Of a stretch of 64,000 bases of DNA, positions 18,989 to 28,610 are shown piece after piece (the first letter of the stretch is position 1; each line of letters opens with the position of its first letter). The notes below the pieces were generated by a model. That model was not told where the DNA came from, ran no database searches, and saw nothing but the letters and a program-made list of their open reading frames with translations. A program made the position numbers and the translations under genes. The stretch is from contig OY760074.1 in assembly GCA_963663035.1 (NCBI GenBank), forward strand, positions 2,720,001 to 2,784,000, given 5' to 3'. This DNA comes from Acidobacteriota bacterium (lineage in GTDB: Bacteria > Acidobacteriota > UBA6911 > RPQK01 > JADFOI01).

Positions 18989-19934
18989 GCAACGCGGCCA
19001 GCGGGCTTGCACACCTGAAACCTTTTTTGCCAGGGCTTGAACCCCTGCTAGAAGACGCGGAAGTGTCCGAGATCATGATTAACGGCCCCGGCAATGTTTG
19101 GATCGAGGCGAGGGGCCGGTTAACGGCTCATGCAGCGCCAGGGTTGGACGAATCGGCCTTGTTACGGGCGGCTATTCACATCGCCCGTCCTTTGGGCCTG
19201 GACCCGGCCACCACGCCCATCATCGACGCCCGGCTCGATGATGGTTCCCGCGTGGCGATCTGTGTTCCCCCGGCCAGTCCCCACGTTGCGATCACCATCC
19301 GGCGATTCGGCAAGCGGACGTTTAGCGCGGCGGATCTAGTCGAGCAGAAAGCCCTACCGGAAAACGTCTTGAAAGCGGCAGAGCAGGTGTTGATGACGCG
19401 GCGCAACATTCTGGTTTCCGGTGGGACCGGATCAGGCAAGACCACCTTGCTCAATGCCCTCATAGAACTGCTACCCGTTGACGAGCGCATTGTGGCAATC
19501 GAGGACACGCTAGAGCTTCGCATTGACCACTCGAATTGTGTCCGGTTTGAGGCCGAGGGTTGCAGGAAGGCGCGGTGACGATCCGCGATCTAGTGCGCCA
19601 TGCCTTGAGGCATCGACCGGATCATATCGTGGTGGGAGAGGTTCGAGGCGGTGAGGCGGCGGACCTGCTGCAAGCCCTCAACACTGGACACGGCGGGTCA
19701 CTCACGACCGTACACGCCAACAACGCGGAGAGCGCCCTATCGAGAATCGCCAGTTGCGCCATGCAGGGCGGCGGGGAGTTGCCGTGGGAGGTCACTTGCC
19801 GAGGCGTGGTGGATGGGATTGCGATGGTCATTCACATGACGCGCCGCGAGGGGCGGCGTTTCGTGGAAGAAGCCGCATACGTCAAAGGTTACGAAGCGAA
19901 GGAGAACCAATGGGAAATCGAACGGCTGGAATGA
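18985..19934 (+). pseudogene. virB11: VirB11/TrbB traffic ATPase, copy 1, frameshift near 19553
   Basis: EIMING, GGTGSGKTT, EDTLEL, LRHRPDHIVVGEVRG, NTGH; one base shorter than copy 2. Confidence 0.85.
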
Positions 19935-20435
19935 ATATCGCTAGCAAACTGAAATCCAAACGATCCGCCAAGATCGGGGTTTTGATCCTGATGGGCGGGA
20001 TGCTTGCGCTCATCACGGAAGCGCAATTTGAGCCGATTGAGGCAACGGTGGTTCGTGGGATTGACGGAGATACCATCCGGGTCCGGGTGCGAGGCAAGGA
20101 CGCACACCGTCCGTCTCATCGGCGTGGACACCCCGGAGACGGTACACCCGACCAAGACCGTGCAGCACTTTGGAGCGGAGGCCAGCGCCTACACCAAGGC
20201 CGCGCTCGAAGGTAAGACGGTGACGCTCGAAGCGGACCCGACCGGAGACACCGTGGACCGCTATGGGCGCTTGCTTCGCTACGTCTACCTGGACGGCCAG
20301 AACTTCAACGCCCGGTTGATCCGCGAGGGATACGGTCACGCCATCAGGAGATTCCGATATTCCTTGAAGGCTCAATTTATCCGGCTTGAGGACTCGGCCC
20401 GGAAAGCGGGCCGGGGGTTGTGGTCCCCGCGATGA
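19931..20435 (+). pseudogene. Thermonuclease (SNase-like), copy 1, frameshift near 20100
   Basis: IDGDTI, VRLIGVDTPE, DRYGRLLRYV, ARKAGRGLW in two frames; N-terminal TM/signal. Confidence 0.85.
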
Positions 20436-20671
20436 GGCCCGGACTCGATCAACGCGCCCTCGACGGCGGGGGACCGGCTGCGGGGCCAGATCCGACCGCA
20501 AGCGTCAGGCTGCGGGCCTTCTCTCTACGATCCACGGACCGCCGACAAGACGGCGGAGCCGTGGGCGGGGCTTGGATTCCCCCATCGTGCCGTGCGGCCC
20601 CCGGAGCATGGGTGTGTCGCCATGTGCCGCTGCCGGTCGCCGGTATCGGTTTGGCCCGGCGCAGGGATCGC

Positions 20672-20713
20672 GCCAGACCGGGGCAAGCCCCTTGCCTGTG
20701 GCATCTGTCACGC
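20672..20713 (+). repeat. Conserved leader motif, copy 1
   Basis: gccagaccggggcaagccccttgcctgtggcatctgtcacgc; also at 21421, 22255 (partial) and 40188. Confidence 0.9.
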
Positions 20714-20842
20714 CCCATGCCTGTTGCCGGTCCTGCCCGTCACCGGCGACGGCGGCGCTTTCCTCCGTGTCAGGTGTCGCCGGTATCGCCATTCACAGGT
20801 GAGCGATAACCGCTCGAACCTTAACTTAGGAGGAAACACAAA

Positions 20843-21103
20843 ATGGCTAACCACAAACCCATTGATGAAGTCCGAATTGGCCGCGTCAAAGCCACGATTT
20901 GGAAGAACGGAACCGAGGACGCCCCGCGTTACAACGTCACCTTTTCCCGTCTCTACAAAGACGGCGATCAGTGGAAGACCACGCAGAGCTTCGGGCGGAA
21001 CGATCTTCTGACGCTTGCAAAAGTGGCGGATCTCGCTCATACCCGCATCTACTCGCTCCCCCAGGAGCAGCCCGACGAGGCCGGGGAGGTTGATGAGTCC
21101 TAG
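20843..21103 (+). CDS. PC4-like small ssDNA-binding protein, copy 1
   Basis: RIGRVKATIWKN...YNVTFSRLYKDGDQWKTTQSFGRNDL; RBS aggagg. Confidence 0.7.
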   Translation: MANHKPIDEVRIGRVKATIWKNGTEDAPRYNVTFSRLYKDGDQWKTTQSFGRNDLLTLAKVADLAHTRIYSLPQEQPDEAGEVDES

Positions 21104-21158
21104 CCGGATTCAGAGCGCGGCGGGGACCACAACCCCGCCGTTTCGCTCTCCGGCTTTT
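21102..21158 (+). terminator. GC-rich hairpin followed by a short T run
   Basis: agccgga..gagcg cggcgggg/ccccgccg..cgctc tccggct ttt. Confidence 0.55.
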
Positions 21159-21420
21159 CCCACGGTTTCAGGTTCCCCTTTTTCCCCTCGTAGTGCATTG
21201 TTGCGGCCCGGTCCTTGCCGTCAAGGGATCGGCTTCGCCTCGCTTCGCGCCCTGGACCGCTGCGGGCCGGGCCGGGGAGCCGGATCTACTACGAGGGAAA
21301 AAAGGGGGAGTGTGGTGAGTGTCGCCGGTGGAGAATCACCCCGGCCCGTCGCCGGTGTTTGGCTTTTCATGGGACCGCCAGCTTTCGCCGGGTCCGGGTC
21401 ACGTCCCAGGCATCCCCCCC

Positions 21421-21462
21421 GCCAGACCGGGGCAAGCCCCTTGCCTGTGGCATCTGTCACGC
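21421..21462 (+). repeat. Conserved leader motif, copy 2
   Basis: Identical to 20672..20713. Confidence 0.9.
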
Positions 21463-21591
21463 GGGAGTGCTTGAACTGGGCCTTGCGCCCCGGAACCGGA
21501 CGGCGCTGTACTCTCTCCTGACGCTGGCCCGCTGGTTTCCCCTCATTCATAGGTGAAGGGAAAACACATCAAACCAGCTAGGAGAGAAAAA

Positions 21592-22032
21592 ATGAATCAA
21601 ATCCAAACACTCATTGACGCGGCCCGCGAGGCGCTGGCCTCCAACGGAATCCACGACACAATCCTTGCCGTGGGGATCGCCGCGATTCCCATCTTGATCT
21701 TCTGCGTCATCGTCAATCGGCTTCGCCATCCTGACCGATCCTTTCTCGCGGCTATGGCCCTTTCCGTTCTCGGATTCTTCCTAGTGCCGTCCGTAGCCAC
21801 CGGAACCGCTATCCTTTGGGTCTACACCGGAGGCGCGGGCGGACAGGCTATCGGCGTTGGAGTCGTGCTTTGGCTTCTTGGTTTTTGGCTCTTTCGACAG
21901 TGGTTGCGATCCGCTCCCCGATCCGCACGGCGAACGCGGACGGTTACACCCTCACGCGCCCGCGAACTCGCAGAGCTTCAAGACGAGACCGCGAGGTTTC
22001 GCGCTGAGGCCATGAACCGGGAGGATGAATGA
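21592..22032 (+). CDS. Small membrane protein (about 3 TM) with charged tail
   Basis: RBS aggagag, ATG 21592; hydrophobic segments. Confidence 0.65.
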   Translation: MNQIQTLIDAAREALASNGIHDTILAVGIAAIPILIFCVIVNRLRHPDRSFLAAMALSVLGFFLVPSVATGTAILWVYTGGAGGQAIGVGVVLWLLGFWLFRQWLRSAPRSARRTRTVTPSRARELAELQDETARFRAEAMNREDE

Positions 22033-22254
22033 AGCCCGTCCATAGCGGCCTAACTCCCCGTTTGGAGCGTTACAGACACTTTGCAGACCTGTCGGACAGG
22101 CTGTCGCTAACGTGTCTCTAGGCCGTGCTGTGGTTGCCCCGGACGGCGCTTGATCCGCTGTGTTTCATGCCGTCCCTCCAATCAAGCGGTTTGCGGTTTT
22201 GCCATTGGTCCGCTTGCCGTCCCCTGGTCCGGTTTGTCGCGGCGCAGGGATCGC

Positions 22255-22281
22255 GCCAGACCGTGGCAAGCCCCTTGCCTT
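22255..22281 (+). repeat. Conserved leader motif, copy 3, truncated by the IS3 element
   Basis: gccagaccgtggcaagccccttgcctt then the IS terminus tgtgacc. Confidence 0.85.
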
Positions 22282-22349
22282 TGTGACCTTGCCCCCTAAA
22301 ACGAGTCCAGTTTGAATGTTAGGATTTCCGGTTTAGGAAGGAGGCAAGG

Positions 22350-22628
22350 ATGGCAGGGAAGCGGTTTAGGGCAGAACAGATCATCATGAAGCTGCGTGAG
22401 GCAGAGGTGGGTCTGGCCCAAGGACAGAGGGTGGGACAGGTGTCGAAGCAGATGGGGGTGAGCGAGCAGACCTACTACCGGTGGCGCAAAGAGTACGGAG
22501 GGCTCCGGTTGGACCAGGCCAAGAGGTTGAAGGTGTTGGAGAAGGAGAATACCCGGTTGAAGAAGCTGGTGGCGGATCTGTCTTTGGACAAGCAGATCCT
22601 GAAGGAAGTGTCCTCGGGAAACTTCTAG
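22350..22628 (+). CDS. IS3-family transposase OrfA
   Basis: [41 protein letters not shown]; slippery gggaaac near 22616. Confidence 0.9.
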   Translation: MAGKRFRAEQIIMKLREAEVGLAQGQRVGQVSKQMGVSEQTYYRWRKEYGGLRLDQAKRLKVLEKENTRLKKLVADLSLDKQILKEVSSGNF

Positions 22629-23500
22629 GCCCGGCGAACAGGAGACGAGCGGTGATGTGGGTACGAGAGCGATTAGGAGCAGAGCGAGTCTCCGAACGTC
22701 GGGCCTGCCAAGTGCTGGGACAGGTTCGATCGACCCAGCGAAGGGAAAGGCAAATTCCCGATGATGAGGCCCGATTGGTGGCCCGGATGGTGGAGTTGGC
22801 TACGCAATACGGGCGTTATGGCTACCGGCGGGTCACGGCGATACTTCATGGGGAAGGGTGGAAGGTGAATCCTAAGCGGGTGGAGAGGCTGTGGAGACAA
22901 GAAGGGCTGAAAGTCCCGTCCAGACAGCCGAAACGAAGGAGGCTGTGGCTTAATGACGGTTCCTGTGTTCGGTTACGAGCGGCTCGCAAGAACCACGTCT
23001 GGAGCTATGATTTCGTGCATGAACGGACCCATGATGGGCGAGCCTTTCGGCTATTGACGATCCTGGATGAGTACACCAGAGAGTGCCTCGCCATTGATGT
23101 GAAACGGCAGATGAATCACCAAGACGTGTTGGACCGGCTGGCGGAGTTATTCGTTGATCGGGGAGTGCCTGAGTTTATCCGGTCCGATAACGGATCGGAG
23201 TTTACGGCACAGGCGGTCCGGGACTGGCTGCAGGCTGTTGGGGTAAGGACCTTGTACATCGAGCCGGGCAGCCCCTGGGAGAATGGGTACATTGAGAGTT
23301 TCAACGGGAAACTACGGGATGAGCTGCTGAACATGGAGATCTTCGACACGCTGGGGGAAGCCAAGGTGTTGGTAGAACGCTGGCGGAGGGATTACAATCA
23401 GATCCGGCCTCACAGCGCCTTGGCCTATCGGCCGCCGGCGCCAGAGGCCAAACTACCTAGGTCGCAGGCACTGGATCTTATCCCCTGGAGTGGACTTTAA
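22625..23500 (+). CDS. IS3-family transposase OrfB (DDE), probably expressed by -1 frameshift
   Basis: [42 protein letters not shown]; start approximate. Confidence 0.9.
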   Translation, partial: LGPANRRRAVMWVRERLGAERVSERRACQVLGQVRSTQRRERQIPDDEARLVARMVELATQYGRYGYRRVTAILHGEGWKVNPKRVERLWRQEGLKVPSRQPKRRRLWLNDGSCVRLRAARKNHVWSYDFVHERTHDGRAFRLLTILDEYTRECLAIDVKRQMNHQDVLDRLAELFVDRGVPEFIRSDNGSEFTAQAVRDWLQAVGVRTLYIEPGSPWENGYIESFNGKLRDELLNMEIFDTLGEAKVLVERWRRDYNQIRPHSALAYRPPAPEAKLPRSQALDLIPWSGL

Positions 23501-23659
23501 ATGGTCCCGGGTTTAACTTAGAGGGTGGTTTCGTTGGTGGGGGCAGGTCACAGACTATGCATAACTTCGTTACGGCAGCCCCGCTGTCTTCGTCTGAGCT
23601 AAGGCACACATGAGCCAGCAAGCAAGTAAAAAAGTGAACTTAGAAAGGCCCCTTGGCAA

Positions 23660-25198
23660 ATGGTACTCTTGAAAGAGAGGAGAAGAGTCGTGAGAAGGGG
23701 TATCTTCGCAATTCTCCTATCACTTATAGTCCAGGGAATCCTTTGGGGCCAGAGCCCTGCGGTGGAGCGTCCTGAACTGAAACAAGTGCCTGCCGAGACT
23801 CTGCCGGATCTCTATTTATGTCCACCCTGTGGCCCCTGGGATGCGAGGACAGCGGCCCACCTGATGCGCCGGGCCGGCTTCAGTGCCACGCCTGGAGAAT
23901 TGGGTCGATTGGTGGATATCGGATTCGAGGCGACGCTGGAGGAACTTCTCAACTATGAAGCCGTCGACGATAGCGAGATGGAGGAAGGTCTCGAAGAGCG
24001 GAATTATCCGTTCACCCGGGTGAATAACAATGGTAAACTTCGGGCCAACACTCTCGGGATACAGCGTTGGTGGCTATATCGGATGGTGAACTCCCAGAGG
24101 CAATTGCTCGAGAAGATGACCTACTTCTGGCACGACCATTTCGCCACTTCCGTGAACCCGGTCCGACAGGTGGGAATCGGTGAGCAACCCTATATGATGA
24201 CTCAAAATGAGCTGCTGCGGGAATACGCCTTGGGCAACTTCAAAGAAATGGTGGAGATGATAGCGAAGGATTCGGCGATGTTGGTCTGGCTGGACAACCG
24301 CAGAAACGTGAAGGAGCATCCCAACGAAAACTGGGCCCGAGAGCTGTTGGAACTCTTTACCATGGGAGTGGGTAATTACACGGACCAAGACGTGGTGGAA
24401 GCGGCTCGCGCCTTCACAGGCTGGGGGCTGAACCGCTGGGCCGGAGAATTCGCCTTCTTTCCGGGTCGACACGATTTTGGAATGAAGACCTTCCTGGATG
24501 TGACCGGACCGTTTGATGGGAATGACATCATCGACATTATTTTCGAGCAGGACGTGACCGCTGAATTCATCTCCAGAAAACTCTTTGAATTCTTTGTTTA
24601 CCCGGATCCATCGGAGGAACTTATCGCTGAGCTTGCGGACGTCCTCCGGGAGAACAACTATGAGATACGTCCTCTAATGAGCGCCATCTTCGAGTATCCC
24701 GAGTTTTACTCCGACCGGGCCTATCGTTCATTGATCAAGAGCCCGGTGGACTTGTTTGTGGGACTGTTTCGGGAACTGGGGCTGTCCGATCCTGTGTTCC
24801 TGCCTCGCTTCATGGCTGACACGGGTCAGAAACTGTTTGCCCCGCCCAACGTCAGTGGGTGGACCAGCGGTGTTGGCTGGATCAACACCGCCACCCTTTT
24901 GGCTCGCTACAACTCCTTTAACATCCTTGCCTCATTTCTCGGAGGTGGATCGCTTGACTTCGTGGGATGGGTTCAAACCTACCAACTGTCCAAATCCGAT
25001 GTGGTCGGACTTCTTGTCGACACCATTGTAAAGGGCGATGTCTCAGTGGATACGCGCTACGCTCTGGAACAGTACATGACCACGGATGATTCCGGCAAGC
25101 CGGTGGAGTGGGATATCAACGATGCCGCCATGATCGATAAGAAGGCCCGAGGAGTCTTCTATCTGATCTTGGTACTCCCCGCCTATCAACTGCACTAG
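23660..25198 (+). CDS. DUF1800-family protein
   Basis: AHLMRRAGF, EKMTYFWHDHFATS, MLVWLDN, PNENWARELLELFTMG, KSP, PPNVSGW. Confidence 0.9.
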   Translation: MVLLKERRRVVRRGIFAILLSLIVQGILWGQSPAVERPELKQVPAETLPDLYLCPPCGPWDARTAAHLMRRAGFSATPGELGRLVDIGFEATLEELLNYEAVDDSEMEEGLEERNYPFTRVNNNGKLRANTLGIQRWWLYRMVNSQRQLLEKMTYFWHDHFATSVNPVRQVGIGEQPYMMTQNELLREYALGNFKEMVEMIAKDSAMLVWLDNRRNVKEHPNENWARELLELFTMGVGNYTDQDVVEAARAFTGWGLNRWAGEFAFFPGRHDFGMKTFLDVTGPFDGNDIIDIIFEQDVTAEFISRKLFEFFVYPDPSEELIAELADVLRENNYEIRPLMSAIFEYPEFYSDRAYRSLIKSPVDLFVGLFRELGLSDPVFLPRFMADTGQKLFAPPNVSGWTSGVGWINTATLLARYNSFNILASFLGGGSLDFVGWVQTYQLSKSDVVGLLVDTIVKGDVSVDTRYALEQYMTTDDSGKPVEWDINDAAMIDKKARGVFYLILVLPAYQLH

Positions 25199-25209
25199 GG
25201 AGACTTCAT

Positions 25210-26475
25210 ATGTGTCGGGCCAAGCTATTGAGAAATCGTAGAGACTTTCTGAAAAATCTCACCATGATTTCCGCTACCTTATCGGTACCGGCCTTCCTGG
25301 TTCGGAGTCTTCAGGGAGCACAGGCCTCCATGGTCGGCACAGGTCGAATTCTGGTGGTGATTGAGCTGGCAGGGGGATGTGATGGATTGAACACGATTGT
25401 TCCCTATACCAACGACTTTTACTACCAGGAGCGGCCCACCCTAGCCATCGACCCCCAGAGTGTGTTGCCCCTGGATGACCAGCTGGGCTTTCATCCTTCA
25501 CTCACCGGCTTCAAAGAACTCTATGACAGCGGTAACATGACGATTGTGCAGGGGGTGGGCTATCCTAATCCCAATCGCTCTCACTTCCGGTCCCGGGACA
25601 TCTGGCATACCGCGGAAGCGGAGAAGATCGGCACTAACGGCTGGCTGGCCAAATACTTCGATAATTTTGAGGGTTCAGGATCCTTGCAGGGGATCAACAT
25701 CGGCGGGCGCGTTCCCAAGGCCATGATCTCAGAGTCTGGGTCCTCCCCCTCCATCAAAAGTATCGATACCTACAAGCTCCAGGCCGATCCGCATTATCCT
25801 GGGGACGAGGCCAACAAGAATGCTGCCTTTCAGAGCATTCTCTCGGAATCCTCCACTCGGTTTCCTCCCTTCCAGGAGTATGTAACGCAGACCGTCCTGG
25901 ATGCCACGTTCAGTTCAGCTGAAATCCTGGAAGGTCAGGATAACTACAACAGCACCATTGAGTATCCCGATACTGCCTTTGGCGGTAACTTGAAAACAAT
26001 CGCCCAGATCATTGCCGCCAACATTGGAACGACAGTGTTTTATGCCACCATTTCCGGATTTGACACCCACGCTCGCCAGGTCGATCCGACCGACCCTGAT
26101 GTGGGGATTCACGCCAATCTGCTGGAAACCGTCTCTTCGGCCGTCAAGGCTTTCTGGGATGATGTGCGGGAAATGGGCATGGAGAACGACGTGCTGATCA
26201 TGAGCTTCAGCGAGTTCGGGCGTCGCGTCAGCGAGAACGCCAGTGACGGCACCGATCACGGAACGGCTAACCCAATGTTCCTGTTCGGAGAAAATGTCAT
26301 TCCGGGTCTCTATGGTGAGCAACCCAGTCTGGATCCCCAGGATCTGGATCCCATCGGAGACTTGCTGCACAACGTGGACTTTCGCAGCGTCTACTCGACG
26401 GTCCTGGGCAACTGGCTGGAAGTGGATCCGGTACCGCTGATTGGTGGGCCCTGGCCCATACTTCCGATTCTTTGA
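25210..26475 (+). CDS. DUF1501-family protein (Tat-like RRDFLK)
   Basis: LAGGCDGLN, NRSHF, GFDTH, FSEFGRR, GTDHG, DFRSVY. Confidence 0.9.
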   Translation: MCRAKLLRNRRDFLKNLTMISATLSVPAFLVRSLQGAQASMVGTGRILVVIELAGGCDGLNTIVPYTNDFYYQERPTLAIDPQSVLPLDDQLGFHPSLTGFKELYDSGNMTIVQGVGYPNPNRSHFRSRDIWHTAEAEKIGTNGWLAKYFDNFEGSGSLQGINIGGRVPKAMISESGSSPSIKSIDTYKLQADPHYPGDEANKNAAFQSILSESSTRFPPFQEYVTQTVLDATFSSAEILEGQDNYNSTIEYPDTAFGGNLKTIAQIIAANIGTTVFYATISGFDTHARQVDPTDPDVGIHANLLETVSSAVKAFWDDVREMGMENDVLIMSFSEFGRRVSENASDGTDHGTANPMFLFGENVIPGLYGEQPSLDPQDLDPIGDLLHNVDFRSVYSTVLGNWLEVDPVPLIGGPWPILPIL

Positions 26476-26714
26476 AACGTTCCACACCATCGATTGTGAA
26501 AAACCCGAAGATCTTGCTAAACGACTCCAATACCGTATCGAAGCGACTGTTGGGAAAGGCCGCGAGACTGGTTTGGCAATAAGACCCCATGTAAGAACCG
26601 AGGGAAATCGACTACAACAAGACCGATGACGAAGAAATTATCAGCGGAGAAGTTACACGGGAATCAGGTCAGACGGCACTGTCAGAGGAAATCCACAGGT
26701 CTGAGTTTTCCACC

Positions 26715-26870
26715 GACGACATCCTGGAAACCGGACAAACATTGACATGCATTCGCGACCTAGTACAGGCACGGGGCGCGGCTTCGGTCCGCGTGGCAAC
26801 CCTACTGCAGAAAATGGGCAAACTGGAACTCCAGTTTGCTGCCGATTATGTTGGATTTCAGATTCCCGAC
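26715..26870 (+). pseudogene. hpt: Hypoxanthine phosphoribosyltransferase remnant
   Basis: Manual translation DDILETGQTLTCIRDLVQARGAASVRVATLLQK...ADYVGFQIPD (PRPP-binding loop and HPRT C-terminal motif); no intact start. Confidence 0.65.
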
Positions 26871-26904
26871 ATCAGAATCCTCAATGACTAGTATTACTGT
26901 GTTG

Positions 26905-27732
26905 GGTTCTGGTGCAGATAGGATTGTCGGAGCGATAAGACCAGGAGTGCGCCCCGGCGATGCGGCCTATGCTGCCATGACGTGACGCCAGATCACCGCG
27001 GGATTCGATTGCCATGGGATCGGAATTGCGAACTGGCGTTTGTGAATCTTCTGCGCCAGCTCGATGCCGATAATGACACGTCGCGCATTGTAGAACGTCT
27101 TGAATCCCAACATCGGGCGCAATCGCCCTTTCACCCGGCGGTGGTCCTGCTCTACAACGTTGTTCAGGTATTGACAGCAACGAATCTTCACCGGGTTCCG
27201 CCCCCGGAAGTTGAACTCCCCGTTCATTCCCATGTGCCGCAGGGCGCTATGGCTCGGCCGGTGGCCATCCAGAGTGATGCTGTGTGGCTCCCGATGATGC
27301 TTCAGCGCCTTGCGAAAGAAGGCCTTCGCCGCCGCGATGCCACGTGCCCGACTGAGAAAGAACTCCACAGTGTTGCCCTGTCCGTCCACGGCTCGATACA
27401 GGTACATCCACTGGCCCCGCACCTTGATAAACGTTTCATCAACCCGCCAGCTCCCACCCACCGGCCGTTCGAATCGGCTCCAACGCCTTTCGCAGATTTC
27501 GGCATAGCGAACGACCCACCGCAAGATTGTGGTGTGCGAAATCGGTAAACCCCGCTCACCTAAAATCTCGACCAGGTCCCGGTAACTCAGTTTGAAGCGG
27601 AAATACCAGCGAAGGCAGAGAAGAATGATGTCGTCTTCGAACCAACGTCCGGCAAATAGAGGATTCCGTTCCGTTTTACGATGCACCATGTCCCATTATC
27701 GCCAATTCCCGTTGGCTGTCTGCACCAGAACC
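26905..27732 (-). mobile_element. IS6-family insertion sequence
   Basis: Inverted repeats ggttctggtgcaga / tctgcaccagaacc flank the transposase; no target duplication seen. Confidence 0.92.
26967..27689 (-). CDS. IS6-family transposase
   Basis: RWYFRFKLSYRDL, WRVDETFIKVRGQWMYLYRAVD, YLNNVVEQDHR. Confidence 0.95.
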   Translation of the reverse strand: MVHRKTERNPLFAGRWFEDDIILLCLRWYFRFKLSYRDLVEILGERGLPISHTTILRWVVRYAEICERRWSRFERPVGGSWRVDETFIKVRGQWMYLYRAVDGQGNTVEFFLSRARGIAAAKAFFRKALKHHREPHSITLDGHRPSHSALRHMGMNGEFNFRGRNPVKIRCCQYLNNVVEQDHRRVKGRLRPMLGFKTFYNARRVIIGIELAQKIHKRQFAIPIPWQSNPAVIWRHVMAA

Positions 27733-28228
27733 CTTTGTAGACCAACTGGACATGAGCGTTGAAGAGACGCCGCATCTGGTTGCGGAGCTTGGTGTGTACG
27801 TTGCCGCCGCCGCTACTGTAGATGCCGAGTTCCCGCATGAACTTCGCCAGTGACGGCCCTAGGATCAGCACACGGCTTTGGGTCTGTACCGCTTCGGTCG
27901 AGACCCAGGCCAAGATCAGGCGGGGGAAATTACCGAAGGGGAGCTTGTTGTTGACCCCGGCGATCATGGCGAGCGTGTAGGGACCGTTGACCCGCTTGTA
28001 CTGGAGCCGGTTGCCGGGGTTGCTGCGGGGCAACGAACACAGTGCCATCATTCGCGCCATGAAGCCTCGATCGGCGTCCGCTTCGCTGGCCCTGACAAGC
28101 TGGTTTACCTGATCGGCAACGGTGAAGCCTCGCCGCGCCTGGGGGGAGGCGTCGCGGAGTGCCGGCACGTCATCCAGGCCGGAGACGACCTCGCCGATCG
28201 GAACCAACTCGCCGCGTTTACGCTGCAT
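27733..28228 (-). pseudogene. repA: Plasmid replication protein RepA (RepA_C/IncW-like), 3'-truncated by IS6
   Basis: FMARMMALCSLPRSNP, RVNG, LPFGNFPRLILAWVSTEAV, LGPSLAKFMRELG, LRNQMRRLF; frame runs into the IS6 end. Confidence 0.85.
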
Positions 28229-28323
28229 GGGTTTATTCTCCCATGCGCCTCAGACACAACAGGGACACCTCTCCCAAAGGGATTGGTAGCAGGAATGATC
28301 TCGCAATAGCTTCGCAAGAGTGG

Positions 28324-28554
28324 CTACTTAATTACTGTCCCTTCTTGGGCGGTTGCGGCGGTCCTGGGTGGAGAACCTGGCGGTCGCGGCGGTCCTGGTG
28401 GAGAACCTGGCGGTCGCGGTGGTCCTGGTGGAGAACCTGGCGGTCGCGGTGGTCCTGGTGGAGAACCTGGCGGTCGCGGCGGTCCTGGTGGAGAACCTGG
28501 CGGTCGCGGCGGTCCAAGCTTGCCGCTAGCCTTTATGTTTTTTTCATCCGACAT
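28324..28554 (-). CDS. Small proline-rich repeat peptide (GSPPGPPRPP)n
   Basis: Follows the TIR gene in the same orientation; an extra G near 28366 probably shifts the true end ...GPPQPPKKGQ. Confidence 0.5.
   Translation of the reverse strand: MSDEKNIKASGKLGPPRPPGSPPGPPRPPGSPPGPPRPPGSPPGPPRPPGSPPGPPRPPGSPPRTAATAQEGTVIK
28350..28515. repeat. 30-bp tandem repeat, about 5.5 units
   Basis: Unit cggtcgcgg(c/t)ggtcctggtggagaacctgg at 28381, 28411, 28441, 28471, plus a variant at 28350 and a partial at 28501. Confidence 0.95.
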
Positions 28555-28610
28555 ATCGGTCACCCGTTGACTCGGTTAGTAGTTGCTTCGCATTATCGTT
28601 CAGTTACGGT

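Larger units (their letters stand above)
16225..21062 (+). repeat. Copy 1 of a ~4.8 kb imperfect direct repeat (coupling protein tail)
   Basis: Near-identical by inspection to ~35757..40580; ends approximate. Confidence 0.9.
22282..23552 (+). mobile_element. IS3-family insertion sequence
   Basis: TG...CA ends with inverted repeats tgtgaccttgccccc / gggggcaggtcaca; orfA/orfB layout; no target duplication seen. Confidence 0.95.

Noticed and set aside
27587-27732. C-terminus of RepA
   Set aside because: Read-through into the IS6 terminal repeat.
28350-28515. CRISPR array
   Set aside because: Units are head-to-tail with no unique spacers and no cas genes are present.
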